The notes under the pieces are model-generated. The model saw only the letters and a list, made by a program, of their open reading frames with translations, was not told the DNA's origin and searched no databases. DNA of 64,000 bases from an uncultured virus (IMG/VR IMGVR_UViG_3300026430_000073) (taxonomy: Duplodnaviria; Heunggongvirae; Uroviricota; Caudoviricetes), in the IMG/VR virus record IMGVR_UViG_3300026430_000073, positions 1 through 64,000 of that record; one strand, given 5' to 3'. Of the stretch, positions 1 to 8,529 are shown piece after piece. Both the position numbers and the translations under genes were made by a program. The first letter of the stretch is position 1, and each line of letters begins with the position of its first letter.

Positions 1-660
1 GAAGCGTGCCACTGTTTCCACGACATGGCGATCTGGCTTGGAGATATGATCGCTACGACCAGTCAACCAGAGCGCATCAGCACCTACGTTGATGGTAGCA
101 GCAGGATCCTTCAACTCGCCATCCACGGCCTTGACTCTCTCGGCGACCTTCTTAGCGTACTCCTCCACCGACTTACTGCTGTTGGTGAGGCGTAGCCAGA
201 AGGACTTCATCGATTCGCTGATCGATTGCAGAGCAGCGTGCAGCCAGGTCATGATCCTGGAAATGACATTACCCTTCTGGGTTGCCACTTCGGCGGAGTA
301 ATTACCGGTCACAGATTCGAAGGAAGGAGCGACCATCTCGGCAGGGATGTTTATACCACCTACCTTGAGGATGGATTCCACAGAGATCCTGAGAAGCTCA
401 GCACCCTGTTCGTCGATACCGCCTTCGCCATAAATAGCGATGGTGTTGTCGACTACGTCGGTCAGACTGTCCGCCACGCAAATCCCAGTCGAGATCTCCC
501 CGACATGTTGATTAACCGTAGCGGCAATATCAGACAAACTTTCGATATTGCCGTCCGCGGTGGCAGCAGCCTCGACGATAGCGCTCTCGAGGCTGTGATC
601 AACTTGAGGTTTGTGTGGCGCCGACACTGCCGACAATTGCTTAAGCAGCGAGGCGCCCAT
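1..660 (-). CDS. Inner-head (virion) protein paralogue, partial (runs off window start)
   Basis: Not in ORF track. Open frame from ATG at 660: MGASLLKQLSAVSAP...SLES...YGEGGIDEQGAELLRISVESILKVGGINIPAEMVAPSFES...YSAE...KGNVISRIMTWL, collinear with the 672..2087 protein. Confidence 0.85.
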   Translation of the reverse strand, partial: MGASLLKQLSAVSAPHKPQVDHSLESAIVEAAATADGNIESLSDIAATVNQHVGEISTGICVADSLTDVVDNTIAIYGEGGIDEQGAELLRISVESILKVGGINIPAEMVAPSFESVTGNYSAEVATQKGNVISRIMTWLHAALQSISESMKSFWLRLTNSSKSVEEYAKKVAERVKAVDGELKDPAATINVGADALWLTGRSDHISKPDRHVVETVARF

Positions 661-671
661 TCACCATCCCC

Positions 672-2087
672 TTACTTTCGTTTCTGGTAAGTGGTGCCTT
701 CTTTCTCAGGCTCCTTACCGTTGCCGTAGGAGGTGCTCTTCTTGCCGGTAGCGTCGTAGCCGATGGCCTTGTTGTCATCAGGCTTGATGGTCTTCAGCTC
801 AGGAGCATCTTTGTCCTGACCAGCCGAACCACGGCAGCTGCGGTCAACCCAGGCGGCGTGCGCCTTGACGGAGCGCAGGAACAGAGGAGCTGCCTGTGCC
901 CAGCCTTGAGCCATGACCTGCGAAGCGCCGACGACGGACTTCAGCATGTCGCGGTGACGAAGCTGCTGAGCCTTCATGTGAACGTTATCCTCAACCTTGG
1001 CCAGCATGCTTTGGTTGAAGGCATTCGAGGACGCCCACTTCTGCAGACGCTTGGCATCTTTCAGCCATTCATCGACCTTGGTCTTCATGCCATCCAGGAC
1101 TTTCAGTGCCTTGTCGCACACCTCGATACCGGACTTGCAATCAGACAGCGAAACGCCACGGACTTTGGTGTCCTTCGGCTTTTCCTTACCTTCGACTTTC
1201 AGCTTGGCGCCGATCATCGGGAACTCGTTGTTGGCGCCTTTCGACACCTCGACCGAATAGCCAGGAACGATCTCGAGACCCTTGAGGTGGGTAACGCCGG
1301 ATTCCATCATGCCGCTCATCGCGTTGGTAGCGGAGCTGAAGGTTTCCTGCAGACCACCGACCTTGATATCGGCGATAGGGCCGAAGGTGCTGGTCCAGCG
1401 CTGAACGAACTTCTGGAAGACCTGAACGTTCTTGTTCAGGCTGGCCGAAGGGTTGCCGCCATCGATGAAGAGGATCTCGCCACCCAGGCTGATCTCACCA
1501 GCGCCGCCATCACCCTTCTGGGCGTTGACTTTGTCTTTGACCTTGTCGACGTACTTCTGGACACGACCAGCAGTAACGAAGAAGCGGGTGAAGAAGTTGC
1601 TGATGCCGTCGATCACAGCGTGGTAGGCGTCAGCCAGCCACTTCAGGATGCGGCTGATGACGCCGCCCTTCTTCTCTTCGGCTTCGGTCGAGTAGTCGGT
1701 ACGAGTCATACCGCTTTCGAACGATGGGACGAGCATGGACACCGGGATGTCGAGGCCAGCAGCCTTGAGCACCGATTCCATCGAGGATTGCAGGATGGCT
1801 GCACCTTGTTCGGTGATGCCGTCTTCGCCGTAGGTTTCGATGGTCTGGTCAACCAGATTCTCGATAGCGCCGGAGGCTACGGAAGCCTTGGACACTTCGT
1901 CGGCGGATTTTTCGATGTCGTTACCGATGGCACCGATAACTTCGATGTCGGAGTCGATTTCGTCGGAGAGGGTGATTACTTCACGCTCTTCTTCGGCTGC
2001 TGCGGCTTGGGCTTGGGCTGCGATGACTTCCTCGCTCGGTGCGAGGCTTTCCATCGAGGCGCCAGCCAGTTGCTTGAAGATGCTCAT
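672..2087 (-). CDS. phiKZ-like internal head protein with acidic propeptide
   Basis: Acidic N-terminus; S/A-X-E motifs (ASME, SSME, PSFE, YSTE), then amphipathic 'VISRILKWL' helix typical of phiKZ inner-body paralogues. Confidence 0.8.
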   Translation of the reverse strand: MSIFKQLAGASMESLAPSEEVIAAQAQAAAAEEEREVITLSDEIDSDIEVIGAIGNDIEKSADEVSKASVASGAIENLVDQTIETYGEDGITEQGAAILQSSMESVLKAAGLDIPVSMLVPSFESGMTRTDYSTEAEEKKGGVISRILKWLADAYHAVIDGISNFFTRFFVTAGRVQKYVDKVKDKVNAQKGDGGAGEISLGGEILFIDGGNPSASLNKNVQVFQKFVQRWTSTFGPIADIKVGGLQETFSSATNAMSGMMESGVTHLKGLEIVPGYSVEVSKGANNEFPMIGAKLKVEGKEKPKDTKVRGVSLSDCKSGIEVCDKALKVLDGMKTKVDEWLKDAKRLQKWASSNAFNQSMLAKVEDNVHMKAQQLRHRDMLKSVVGASQVMAQGWAQAAPLFLRSVKAHAAWVDRSCRGSAGQDKDAPELKTIKPDDNKAIGYDATGKKSTSYGNGKEPEKEGTTYQKRK

Positions 2088-2130
2088 GTTTCACTTCCTG
2101 ATCAGGGGAATGGATGGCTATAGAATTTGG

Positions 2131-3297
2131 TTACTCGGCTAGCTCTCGATATTGTTCGAGGTTCGCGCGCACGAAATGCTTGATCGAACCGAGGTAAGTC
2201 AGCCCAGCGAAGTAGGTCTGACTGATCGCACGGCAGTGAGAGTCGATCATGGTGGTCAAGGCGTTGAATACGTTGGCGTCTTGTTCCAGCTTGTCGTAAT
2301 CGACCTGAGGTCCCCGGCGGTTTGCTTCCATCTTCTGCTTCATGGCATCGTAGTGGCGATTGCCCAGCGCTTCGTAATTCTTCTTACGAATAGCCTCGAT
2401 CCGCTGATCGAACTTATTCAGCGACTTGACGGCAGCGGCTTCGCCACTGCTTAGTTCATCGATGGCTTTGAGGGAAGTTTGGCAGGCCTCTTTCATGGCA
2501 GAGGCTGCGAGTACAGCGCCGGTATAAGTGTGGTGCTTCATACCGGAACGGCCCTCAACGTTAACGGTCGCGATGCCGATGTCGAGCTTCATTTCGCCGA
2601 TTAGATTGAATTTGTACTCAAGGCCTAACTTGCTCCGGATCATACCGCCGGTCTCGACTTTGTTCTTGACCGGAGTTACCGATGTCGCGTCGAAGTTCAC
2701 CAACTTCTCGATGTTACTGACGATGGTATTGGTGGCTTTGGCACAAGCGTCCAGACCTGAACGAATGTTCCCCGTACCAACAAACGCGCCACTGGCGTTG
2801 ATCACGTACGGGTCGTTAGGACGGCGACTATCGGAGAATGGCTCGGCTTTATCCTTTGCGATACGACCGATGGCTTCCAGCATCTTCTTGAGGTCGGCCT
2901 CAACGCGGATGAGCTTGGTCTTCTGCAGCCCCATGAACTTGCGAATCATCTTCATCAAGTTGGAAACGGCCGCTTTGATCCATTCCCAGATACGCTTGAG
3001 CATACCCGGAGACTTTTCAGAGGCCTCAGTGCTGTAACCGACGTCCAGCTGCATGAAGTCATAAGTGAGCGCACTTGCGCTCTCCATGCTTTGCTGGTAG
3101 TTGCTGCGGTCGAACTGAGTGGTTGGTAACCAACCATCGGCGAGTTTACGATCGTACCCGCTGACGATGTTGAGAGCCTGAGTCGCTCGATCGATCTGGT
3201 CGTTCAGATGGAGGATCTTTGCAGCCTCGGCCTCGTAGTTATCCGTGGCAACATTAGCGATACAACTGGCCGATAGCTGCTTCAAAATACCTGTCAT
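2131..3297 (-). CDS. Internal head protein paralogue
   Basis: N-terminal LKQL, QSME and YSTE motifs, then 'GMLKRIWEWIKAAV'. Confidence 0.75.
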   Translation of the reverse strand: MTGILKQLSASCIANVATDNYEAEAAKILHLNDQIDRATQALNIVSGYDRKLADGWLPTTQFDRSNYQQSMESASALTYDFMQLDVGYSTEASEKSPGMLKRIWEWIKAAVSNLMKMIRKFMGLQKTKLIRVEADLKKMLEAIGRIAKDKAEPFSDSRRPNDPYVINASGAFVGTGNIRSGLDACAKATNTIVSNIEKLVNFDATSVTPVKNKVETGGMIRSKLGLEYKFNLIGEMKLDIGIATVNVEGRSGMKHHTYTGAVLAASAMKEACQTSLKAIDELSSGEAAAVKSLNKFDQRIEAIRKKNYEALGNRHYDAMKQKMEANRRGPQVDYDKLEQDANVFNALTTMIDSHCRAISQTYFAGLTYLGSIKHFVRANLEQYRELAE

Positions 3298-3378
3298 TTT
3301 ACACGCTCGCCACAGCTATTATAGAAACGGTGGATCGTAGCAAACAGACCCACTCCCATAGGATCTTTTGGAGGCAAT

Positions 3379-3975
3379 GTGGCTACCAAACGAGTTGCCG
3401 TCATCGGCTCGAGGGAAACCCCAGACAATGTATGCCTGCTCGCTAAGAGGTTCACAAACATCCTCGTAGAGCTAGGCTATGCCATTTATTCAGGAGGCTG
3501 TCCTAAAGGGATGGACTACGCAGCGCTAAAGGGCGCTTACGGCCACAAAGCTTCCGATAAGTCAAAGAACCGCATCTATCTCGCATGGGATGGAATGGCT
3601 GATCTCCATCATGATCCAGCTAACGGTTTTTACGACGCTACTAAGTTTGAGAACTACGACATAGCAAAGATCATTGCGGAGCTAGCGCGCGGTAGTTGGC
3701 ACGGCCTCTATGAGAAGGGGATCATGCTGCATTCCAGGAACCCGTACCAGGTCCTAGGAGACGATCTTTGCAGCAACGTGGACTTTGTGCTCACCTGGGC
3801 TATCCCGTCCGGTAAACAAGGTCGGGTGAAAGGCGGTACGGCGACTGCCGTGCGGATTGCCGTAGAGCATTTCATCCCGGTGTACAACCTCTATTACGAA
3901 GATGTATTTAACCGAGTCGATCACTTCGTCAGCTCGGTACTAATGCAAAGGGCGGTAGACAATGCTAAACGGTAA
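3379..3975 (+). CDS. SLOG/DprA-like nucleotide-binding protein
   Basis: VAVIGSRETP, SGGCPKGMD, RNPYQVLG, GGTATAV motifs. Confidence 0.8.
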   Translation: MATKRVAVIGSRETPDNVCLLAKRFTNILVELGYAIYSGGCPKGMDYAALKGAYGHKASDKSKNRIYLAWDGMADLHHDPANGFYDATKFENYDIAKIIAELARGSWHGLYEKGIMLHSRNPYQVLGDDLCSNVDFVLTWAIPSGKQGRVKGGTATAVRIAVEHFIPVYNLYYEDVFNRVDHFVSSVLMQRAVDNAKR

Positions 3976-4711
3976 ACGCGCCGTGGTCACGGACATCGTG
4001 TTCATGACCGCGAGCACTGGTGACGTGAAGCCGGTGATCGTCCTCGACGATAAAGGTCAGGTGGTTCTGCGTAACGTTCACCTGCTCAGTTATCACGCGG
4101 TATTGGTAGGCGACACTATCGAGGTCGACAAGTTCGGTGAGATCACTTCGGTCATTAAATGCGAACGTCCAGTCGATGCTCATCCAACCGCCATACCTGA
4201 CAAATGCCCGTCGTGTAACAGCGCACTGCTGACCTATCCTCGGAAGACCTCTCTTAAGTGCACCAAGTCTCACAGTTGCCGTGACCAGATAATCCCTAGG
4301 ATCGTGCGATACCTCGACCTGATGAAAGCTCCCCTCGAGCAAGTAACCGTGAAGGCCCTTTACGACAAAGGGTTGGTGCGCGGCATCCCTGATCTCTATT
4401 CCCTGCGCGGTCATCATTTGGTCGAGGTGGGTATGTCGATGCGCGATGCACTGGACTGGATGACCATGCTCGACGACCCTCACGCCATCGAGTTTTCCGA
4501 TCATCTCTATGCACTAGGGATTCCTGGGATGTCGAAGAATGCAGCCAAGGACGTCACCAGTGCTCATGGCGACTACGACTCTCTGCTGAAGAAGATGGAA
4601 ACCAGACCTACGGAGATGTTGCAGGTCCACGGATCTCCGGGTCTACTGGAGTATTACGAGAGCATGCACGGTAGAGAGGTCCTTCTAGAGATGCGCGATA
4701 TTCTGAGGTAG
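3962..4711 (+). CDS. NAD-dependent DNA ligase C-terminal-like fragment (OB + C4 Zn finger + HhH), no adenylation domain
   Basis: 'TGDVKPV..L' OB start, VGDTIEV, CPSC...C...C zinc finger, 'DLYSL' and 'LYALGIPGM' HhH; no KxDG. Confidence 0.75.
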   Translation: MLNGKRAVVTDIVFMTASTGDVKPVIVLDDKGQVVLRNVHLLSYHAVLVGDTIEVDKFGEITSVIKCERPVDAHPTAIPDKCPSCNSALLTYPRKTSLKCTKSHSCRDQIIPRIVRYLDLMKAPLEQVTVKALYDKGLVRGIPDLYSLRGHHLVEVGMSMRDALDWMTMLDDPHAIEFSDHLYALGIPGMSKNAAKDVTSAHGDYDSLLKKMETRPTEMLQVHGSPGLLEYYESMHGREVLLEMRDILR

Positions 4712-4715
4712 GACT

Positions 4716-5171
4716 ATGCTTGTCGATATAAAAGGAGACATGCTGAAGCTGGCCCCTAAAGGCTCGCTCGTAGGCATTCCGGTAAACACCGTAGGCGTGG
4801 CTGGTAAAGGCCTTGCCTGTTACATGCGGGAGCGCTGGAAGAAAGCTCACGAGCACTACGTCAAGGCATGTAGACGAGGCCGGATCGCAACGGGCGAACT
4901 CGTAACTTACGAGGTTGATGCATTCACCTTAGCGTTCCTTCCTACCAAGTACCATTGGCCTGATCCATCCGTTCCTGATCTCATCAAGGTAACGCTGGCG
5001 CGGCTCGATAAGTACATGGAGCAGAATCTAATCACGGAGTGTCATATCCCGAGGATCGGATGTGGCGAAACGACGGGGACGTTGGATTACAGGACCGAGG
5101 TCAGGCCTTTGATCGAAGCACGGTTCGGTGATAACAACGTTACCGATACGCTCTACGTGTACGACTGGTAA
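4716..5171 (+). CDS. Macro domain protein (ADP-ribose binding/hydrolase, DarG/Poa1-like)
   Basis: KGDM...PVNTVGVAGKGLA...LPTKYHW...IPRIGCG motifs. Confidence 0.85.
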   Translation: MLVDIKGDMLKLAPKGSLVGIPVNTVGVAGKGLACYMRERWKKAHEHYVKACRRGRIATGELVTYEVDAFTLAFLPTKYHWPDPSVPDLIKVTLARLDKYMEQNLITECHIPRIGCGETTGTLDYRTEVRPLIEARFGDNNVTDTLYVYDW

Positions 5172-5210
5172 CGGCATAGACGGCGGGCGGGAAACCGCCC
5201 GCTTATGCCG
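5172..5210. terminator. Stem-loop terminator with CGGCATA/TATGCCG flanks
   Basis: GCGGGCGG-GAAA-CCGCCCGC hairpin. Confidence 0.7.
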
Positions 5211-5224
5211 CATCTTATCGCATC

Positions 5225-5248
5225 TAAAAAGTTTTCAGTCACACATAG
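5225..5248 (+). promoter_or_regulatory. Putative phage early promoter
   Basis: TAAAAA...TCACACATAG; recurring motif upstream of operons. Confidence 0.6.
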
Positions 5249-5287
5249 TCAGCGCGATAGCACACCTTGAGACCTCGGAGGTCCGCC

Positions 5288-5740
5288 ATGTTTTACGCCA
5301 GTGAAAAAGAAGTGGCTAAAGCGAAGGCCCGCTTTAGCAAGGTACACCCGACGGAACTTGATCACGGCATGCACAGCATCTGCCGAAAGATCAACAAGAT
5401 CCCAACCGTCGCCACGCTCGCCAGCAGCATCGGCGCGCCAGAAGAAGGTAAGGTCCGGTTCTACGTCAGCTTCATCGTCGCGGATGAAGCCGGCGAGCGT
5501 CGGATGAAAGATCTGTACAAACGCTGGTGCATGAACCTCGGCATGGAGCGAGTCACTGAGGAAGTAACCATCCCAGTGGCTAAGAACACCCTGCTGAACG
5601 TGCACCGTACCGAGATGCCGCACGAGGTGGATGACATCATCTGGTTGTGGACTCTCGAGACCATCGTCGATGTTGAACACATCACCCCGATGGTAGCTCG
5701 CGAAATGCTGAGCAATGCCGTAGATTCGATCACACGCTAA
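5288..5740 (+). CDS. Hypothetical protein
   Basis: GGAGG RBS before ATG 5288. Confidence 0.7.
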   Translation: MFYASEKEVAKAKARFSKVHPTELDHGMHSICRKINKIPTVATLASSIGAPEEGKVRFYVSFIVADEAGERRMKDLYKRWCMNLGMERVTEEVTIPVAKNTLLNVHRTEMPHEVDDIIWLWTLETIVDVEHITPMVAREMLSNAVDSITR

Positions 5741-5804
5741 ACCTAGGAAGGGTAGTCAATAGTGACTACCCTAACCCGAACATACAACGACCGCGGAGGT
5801 CAAC

Positions 5805-5948
5805 ATGAAATACAAACCTTTTAAGCTGGCCCTGACTGGTATCATGATTGGCGCACTGTTCGCTAGCATGACTGCCAACAACTTCTTCAACGAATCTGGC
5901 AACGCCCAGGCCGCTCGCGCCGCTTTTGCATCGGTGCAAGGAGAATGA
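5805..5948 (+). CDS. Small membrane/secreted peptide (47 aa)
   Basis: GGAGGT RBS; MKYKPFKLALTGIMIGALFAS...; overlaps the next start. Confidence 0.6.
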   Translation: MKYKPFKLALTGIMIGALFASMTANNFFNESGNAQAARAAFASVQGE

Positions 5949-6325
5949 ACATGGAAGGTCAAGTAAAGGTAACCCACGATGCTGAAGGTCGAGTGTTCTT
6001 CCCTGAGCACTACGAGTTCCATGGGCAGAAGTGCCTGCACTACACACTGCTGCGCAAAGCGGATCTGGCTGAACAAGCCATGCTGCGCAAGACCGTGGAC
6101 GGCAAGCACCACTACGTGAGGATCGTCACTATCATCGACGATCTGAAGTATCGTGACTGGTGCGCATTCGCCCAGTGTCATGACAAGCCATCTCCGCTCT
6201 ACGGAGATAACCGCGCCGATCAATTGGAAGAGATCTATCAACACCTCTCCACTGTGGACGGCATAAAGAAGAGTGCGATCTGGCCGCGCTTGCTGTATGC
6301 GCGTGCGCAGCGAATCGCACTCTAA
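5945..6325 (+). CDS. Hypothetical protein
   Basis: ORF with GGAG RBS, phage-like codon usage. Confidence 0.7.
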   Translation: MNMEGQVKVTHDAEGRVFFPEHYEFHGQKCLHYTLLRKADLAEQAMLRKTVDGKHHYVRIVTIIDDLKYRDWCAFAQCHDKPSPLYGDNRADQLEEIYQHLSTVDGIKKSAIWPRLLYARAQRIAL

Positions 6326-6346
6326 ATTTCCCAAGGCACACATTAC
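6323..6346 (+). promoter_or_regulatory. Putative phage early promoter
   Basis: TAAA...CACACATTAC. Confidence 0.65.
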
Positions 6347-6393
6347 CAGCATAGACATGCGCTGTCTTTTGTCCCTAACCGAGGAGTAACATC

Positions 6394-6489
6394 ATGGCTA
6401 ACTTTCTTCGCAGTGTAGCTGTAGGCGTAACCGTAGTGGTTGTAGCCAACATCGTAATCTCCCAACTCCACAAACGCGGGTACATGTAA
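6394..6489 (+). CDS. Small hydrophobic peptide (31 aa)
   Basis: GAGGAG RBS; MANFLRSVAVGVTVVVVANIVISQLHKRGYM. Confidence 0.55.
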   Translation: MANFLRSVAVGVTVVVVANIVISQLHKRGYM

Positions 6490-6522
6490 CTCGATTCAAC
6501 CATCGACCGAGGAGGTCAACCA

Positions 6523-6810
6523 ATGCTTAACTTCATCGACATCGTTATCGCTATACTTACCGTCGGCGGCGCCACTTTCAGTGTCGGCATCCTGATCTAC
6601 GGGATTGGTTTCAGGGAAGGTGCGCGTTACTTGGTCAGCTACCACCGTGCGCTGGGTAAATGGTCCGCCAGCATCGACGTCGTGAGTTTGGGGCTGTTCT
6701 TGATCGCCTACAACTACTTCGGTATGTCGTGGAGCATCTGGGCCACCGTATACTCGACCTTCATGGTCTATGGCTACACCGCAATCGGCTGCTGCATACG
6801 CGCCGAGTAA
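6523..6810 (+). CDS. Membrane protein
   Basis: GGAGGT RBS; three hydrophobic segments. Confidence 0.7.
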   Translation: MLNFIDIVIAILTVGGATFSVGILIYGIGFREGARYLVSYHRALGKWSASIDVVSLGLFLIAYNYFGMSWSIWATVYSTFMVYGYTAIGCCIRAE

Positions 6811-6875
6811 GGATATGTCAGAGGCGGCCCAGCCGCCTCATTCCTTTCTTTTTTTTTGTCAGCGGAGTGGCAAGT

Positions 6876-7967
6876 ATGCCCAGCAAAAGTAAGGCCCAGT
6901 ACAAGCTTTTCGAGATCGCGTCTTACAACAAGGACTTCGCTGAGGCCCGCCACATAAACCAGGAACAAGCCAGGGAGTGGCACGCCGAAGATAAGAAGAA
7001 ACGCAAGGAAGATCCTAAGTGGTACGAGAATCTGCCGGAGAAAGCAGAAGACGACGACAAGAAGGATAAGAAAGAAAAGAAGAGCGACAAAAAGAAAGAT
7101 GACAAGAAGGGCGATGAATCCATGGAGGCTAAAGGCCTGCTGTGGGATATCGTGGTCGGCTTGACCAACTTCTTCAGCGGCACGAAGAAGAAAGATGAAG
7201 ACAGCAACGAGATCTACGAATCGAAGTGGACCTTCATCCAGAAAGCTGAGAAGACGGTGCAGGGCACCTACACGAACAAGGAATGGCTGTCGCAGATCGA
7301 AGTGACCGACGCCATGATCCCGTTCGGTGACATTGGTCCTCTGCTACGCCTGAAGCCTTGGCCTCAGAACCTGCTCGACGGCATCGAGAAAGGCGTCAAC
7401 GAGATCGAGAAGTTCCTGATCGATTACAGTCGGGAAATGACCAAGTACATGGGCAAGATGGAAACGCTCTGGGGTGAATTCCTCAAAGCCGATGACTACA
7501 CCGAAGCAAAGGTCAAGCTCCTGGCTGAGCAAGCCAAGATCGCAGGACCAATGAATGCGCTGAAAGTGCCGCGCGGTACACTCGGTAACTTCAAGATCGA
7601 AGTCAAACGCGACATCTACCACTCCATCGTACAAGAGCCTCAGAACAGCCCAAGCTACTGGCCAGCCCTTACCGTCAACGGTGTGGAGAAAGCCGGTAAG
7701 CTCATGTTCAGGATCCTTGGTATCCTTGACGATCAGTACGGTCGTCATGAGTGGTGGTACACCGACGTGATGGACGATTTCAAATGGGCTGCTCGCAACG
7801 GTAAGTTCGAGAAGAACGAGAAGAACGAGAACGCGTTCTACTCGGTGACTGAGTTGGTGGATAACTCCTACGACCCCGTCAACTACTATTACGACCAGCC
7901 AATGATCGACCAGCTCGTCAGAACGCTCAAAGCGCTCGACAAGTTGATCTCGGCCTCCGTCAAATAA
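6876..7967 (+). CDS. Probable virion head protein with processed N-terminus
   Basis: Start corrected to MPSKSKAQ (the upstream track ORF crosses a terminator). K/D-rich linker, ESME motif; C-terminal domain resembles the C-terminus of the 60578..64000 protein. Confidence 0.7.
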   Translation: MPSKSKAQYKLFEIASYNKDFAEARHINQEQAREWHAEDKKKRKEDPKWYENLPEKAEDDDKKDKKEKKSDKKKDDKKGDESMEAKGLLWDIVVGLTNFFSGTKKKDEDSNEIYESKWTFIQKAEKTVQGTYTNKEWLSQIEVTDAMIPFGDIGPLLRLKPWPQNLLDGIEKGVNEIEKFLIDYSREMTKYMGKMETLWGEFLKADDYTEAKVKLLAEQAKIAGPMNALKVPRGTLGNFKIEVKRDIYHSIVQEPQNSPSYWPALTVNGVEKAGKLMFRILGILDDQYGRHEWWYTDVMDDFKWAARNGKFEKNEKNENAFYSVTELVDNSYDPVNYYYDQPMIDQLVRTLKALDKLISASVK

Positions 7968-8004
7968 ACATAACGCCCCGGTTGACACCGGGGCTTTATG
8001 CAGT

Positions 8005-8028
8005 TAAATTAACTACGGTCACACATTG
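8005..8028 (+). promoter_or_regulatory. Putative phage early promoter upstream of amrZ-like gene
   Basis: TAAA...TCACACATTG immediately after a terminator. Confidence 0.65.
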
Positions 8029-8084
8029 TAGACCTGCAATACCATACCGACCGTGAAGGTCATTATCTTAAAAGGAAGTTGTAA

Positions 8085-8480
8085 ATGCGTCCAATGAAAC
8101 AAGCTGTATACTCCTCCCGCACTGCTGACAAATTCGTTGTTCGTCTGCCTGATGGCATGCGTGAGCGTATCGCAGAAGTAGCTCGTGAACATCACCGTTC
8201 GATGAACTCTGAAATCATCGCACGTCTGGAACGATCCCTGATTGAAGGCGATCTGGTTGATGAAACCGGACCGACCCCAGTGATCGACGTTACTGATGCG
8301 TGGAGCCCGATTCCAGGCATGGTGGTAACGATGCGTAAAGGCGAATACCGCGGCCAGCCGCTGATCCTCCAGAAGCTGACCATTGATAAGAAGAGCGGTA
8401 AGCTGATGGCAGTCGTCACCGGCCACGCAGGCGGTGGCGAAAATCCAATCGGCGATCTGATGCCGTTCCTCGTTAAGTAA
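8085..8480 (+). CDS. amrZ: AmrZ/AlgZ-like Arc (ribbon-helix-helix) transcription factor
   Basis: [41 protein letters not shown] closely matches the Pseudomonas AmrZ N-terminal domain; C-terminus differs. Confidence 0.9.
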   Translation: MRPMKQAVYSSRTADKFVVRLPDGMRERIAEVAREHHRSMNSEIIARLERSLIEGDLVDETGPTPVIDVTDAWSPIPGMVVTMRKGEYRGQPLILQKLTIDKKSGKLMAVVTGHAGGGENPIGDLMPFLVK

Positions 8481-8529
8481 AAGATTACAGCCTCCGGTTA
8501 TCATGTAGTACAACCGGAGGCTGTAACCA

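Noticed and set aside
6660..6875. N-terminal extension of ORF 6660..7967
   Set aside because: It overlaps the upstream gene and reads through a terminator hairpin and T tract.
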